Shown: positions 62,221-63,388 of the stretch, piece after piece
Layout: the number at the start of each line of letters is the position of its first letter
How positions within the stretch are numbered: position 1 is the stretch's first letter
Origin: Octopus bimaculoides
Lineage: Eukaryota
Direction of reading: 5' to 3'
Length of the DNA stretch: 63,388 nucleotides
NCBI RefSeq assembly: GCF_001194135.2
Contig: NC_069008.1
Span: 9,951,123 to 10,014,510 of the forward strand
The notes under the pieces: model-generated
Database searches by the model: none
What the model saw: only the letters and a program-made list of their open reading frames with translations
What the model was told of the DNA's origin: nothing
Made by a program: the position numbers and the translations under genes

Positions 62221-63388
62221 NNNNNNNNNNNNNNNNNNNNNNNNNNNNNNNNNNNNNNNNNNNNNNNNNNNNNNNNNNNNNNNNNNNNNNNNNNNNNNNN
62301 NNNNNNNNNNNNNNNNNNNNNNNNNNNNNNNNNNNNNNNNNNNNNNNNNNNNNNNNNNNNNNNNNNNNNNNNNNNNNNNNNNNNNNNNNNNNNNNNNNNN
62401 NNNNNNNNNNNNNNNNNNNNNNNNNNNNNNNNNNNNNNNNNNNNNNNNNNNNNNNNNNNNNNNNNNNNNNNNNNNNNNNNNNNNNNNNNNNNNNNNNNNN
62501 NNNNNNNNNNNNNNNNNNNNNNNNNNNNNNNNNNNNNNNNNNNNNNNNNNNNNNNNNNNNNNNNNNNNNNNNNNNNNNNNNNNNNNNNNNNNNNNNNNNN
62601 NNNNNNNNNNNNNNNNNNNNNNNNATATATATATATATATATATATATATATAACAATTAGAAAATGGAGGATAATATGCTGAACCCAACTACTTGCAGA
62701 CGATGTATCCCGTTGAATTCATTAATTTAATTCATAGCAAAAGTGACAAAGAAAGAAAGAAAGAACCAAAGCACAGGTGTTTATGGCAGACTACGTTATT
62801 TTGCCAACCTGGTTTACATATAGAAGTACAAAGTACATAAGGGATTTTTCTAAAAAACACTTACAGCTTTCTAGATACGGCTAATAGCGCGGATGCTACA
62901 AACAACGTATGTGGTGGAATGTTTGCTTATAAAAACTTGTATATGCACACATGGGAGTAAGGGGACATCCGAGTAAGATTGTGCACATGAACCCACACAT
63001 ATATATATATGCATTGGAGTGTATATAGCTACCTATTTATAATGTTTGTAGGCTCTTTGTGTGCCTTGTATTTTTAAGGGTTTTTTAACATATATCTTTT
63101 TTATATTTTTGCATGTCCCACATGCTATACCTTCATTTTTCATTTATGTATTCTTTATTATCATTATTATTAATATTATTATTTTCCTGCTGTACCCTTA
63201 TTTTTATTTTGATTTTGATTTTAATTCTATTTTTTATTTTTATTTCTATCTTATTTTTGCTGTTGTTTTTCTTCTGGTCTCTACCACACCTCTGTTTTTA
63301 CTTCTTGTCCTACATTTGTATGAAACCCTTTGTGAATCTCTGAAGAGGCCTAGCGGTTCGGGCATGTAACCCCATTTCAAAATGTCAT

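Noticed and set aside
29577-62689. Long ORFs containing runs of X (29.6-30.4, 31.3-32.0, 35.6-36.4, 44.3-45.2, 47.3-48.1, 61.8-62.7 kb)
   Set aside because: They are open only because they cross N gaps.

Overview
Repeat-saturated, AT-rich eukaryotic DNA from a gapped draft assembly (8 N-runs). The tRNA-SINE set, RTE tails and microsatellite load suggest an octopus (coleoid cephalopod) genome; this is an inference. No intact host gene is visible. The only host-like coding signal is a candidate 43-codon first exon (30584-30712, +), so the window is probably intronic or intergenic. It holds decayed mobile elements: three RepHel Helitron remnants (one with an OTU protease domain) plus a solo Helitron 3' end, a near full-length Mag-type Gypsy with both LTRs, two Penelope-like elements (PLEs), RTE, R4/Dong-type and APE-type LINE fragments, several mariner/Tc1 copies, Tigger- and piggyBac-type MITEs, foldback elements and many tRNA-derived SINEs (labelled locally A, B, D, E). 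The most interesting signal is RNA-level. Minimal hammerhead-ribozyme motifs from at least three sequence families are readable. One lies in a 501-bp, TSD-flanked, non-coding PLE derivative (12247-12747) that joins a tRNA-like Pol III promoter to a hammerhead and carries an inverted second copy. A 95-bp-arm hairpin with strand-biased G-U wobbles (46678-46919) is also unexplained. All coordinates were read by eye and ends of decayed elements are approximate.
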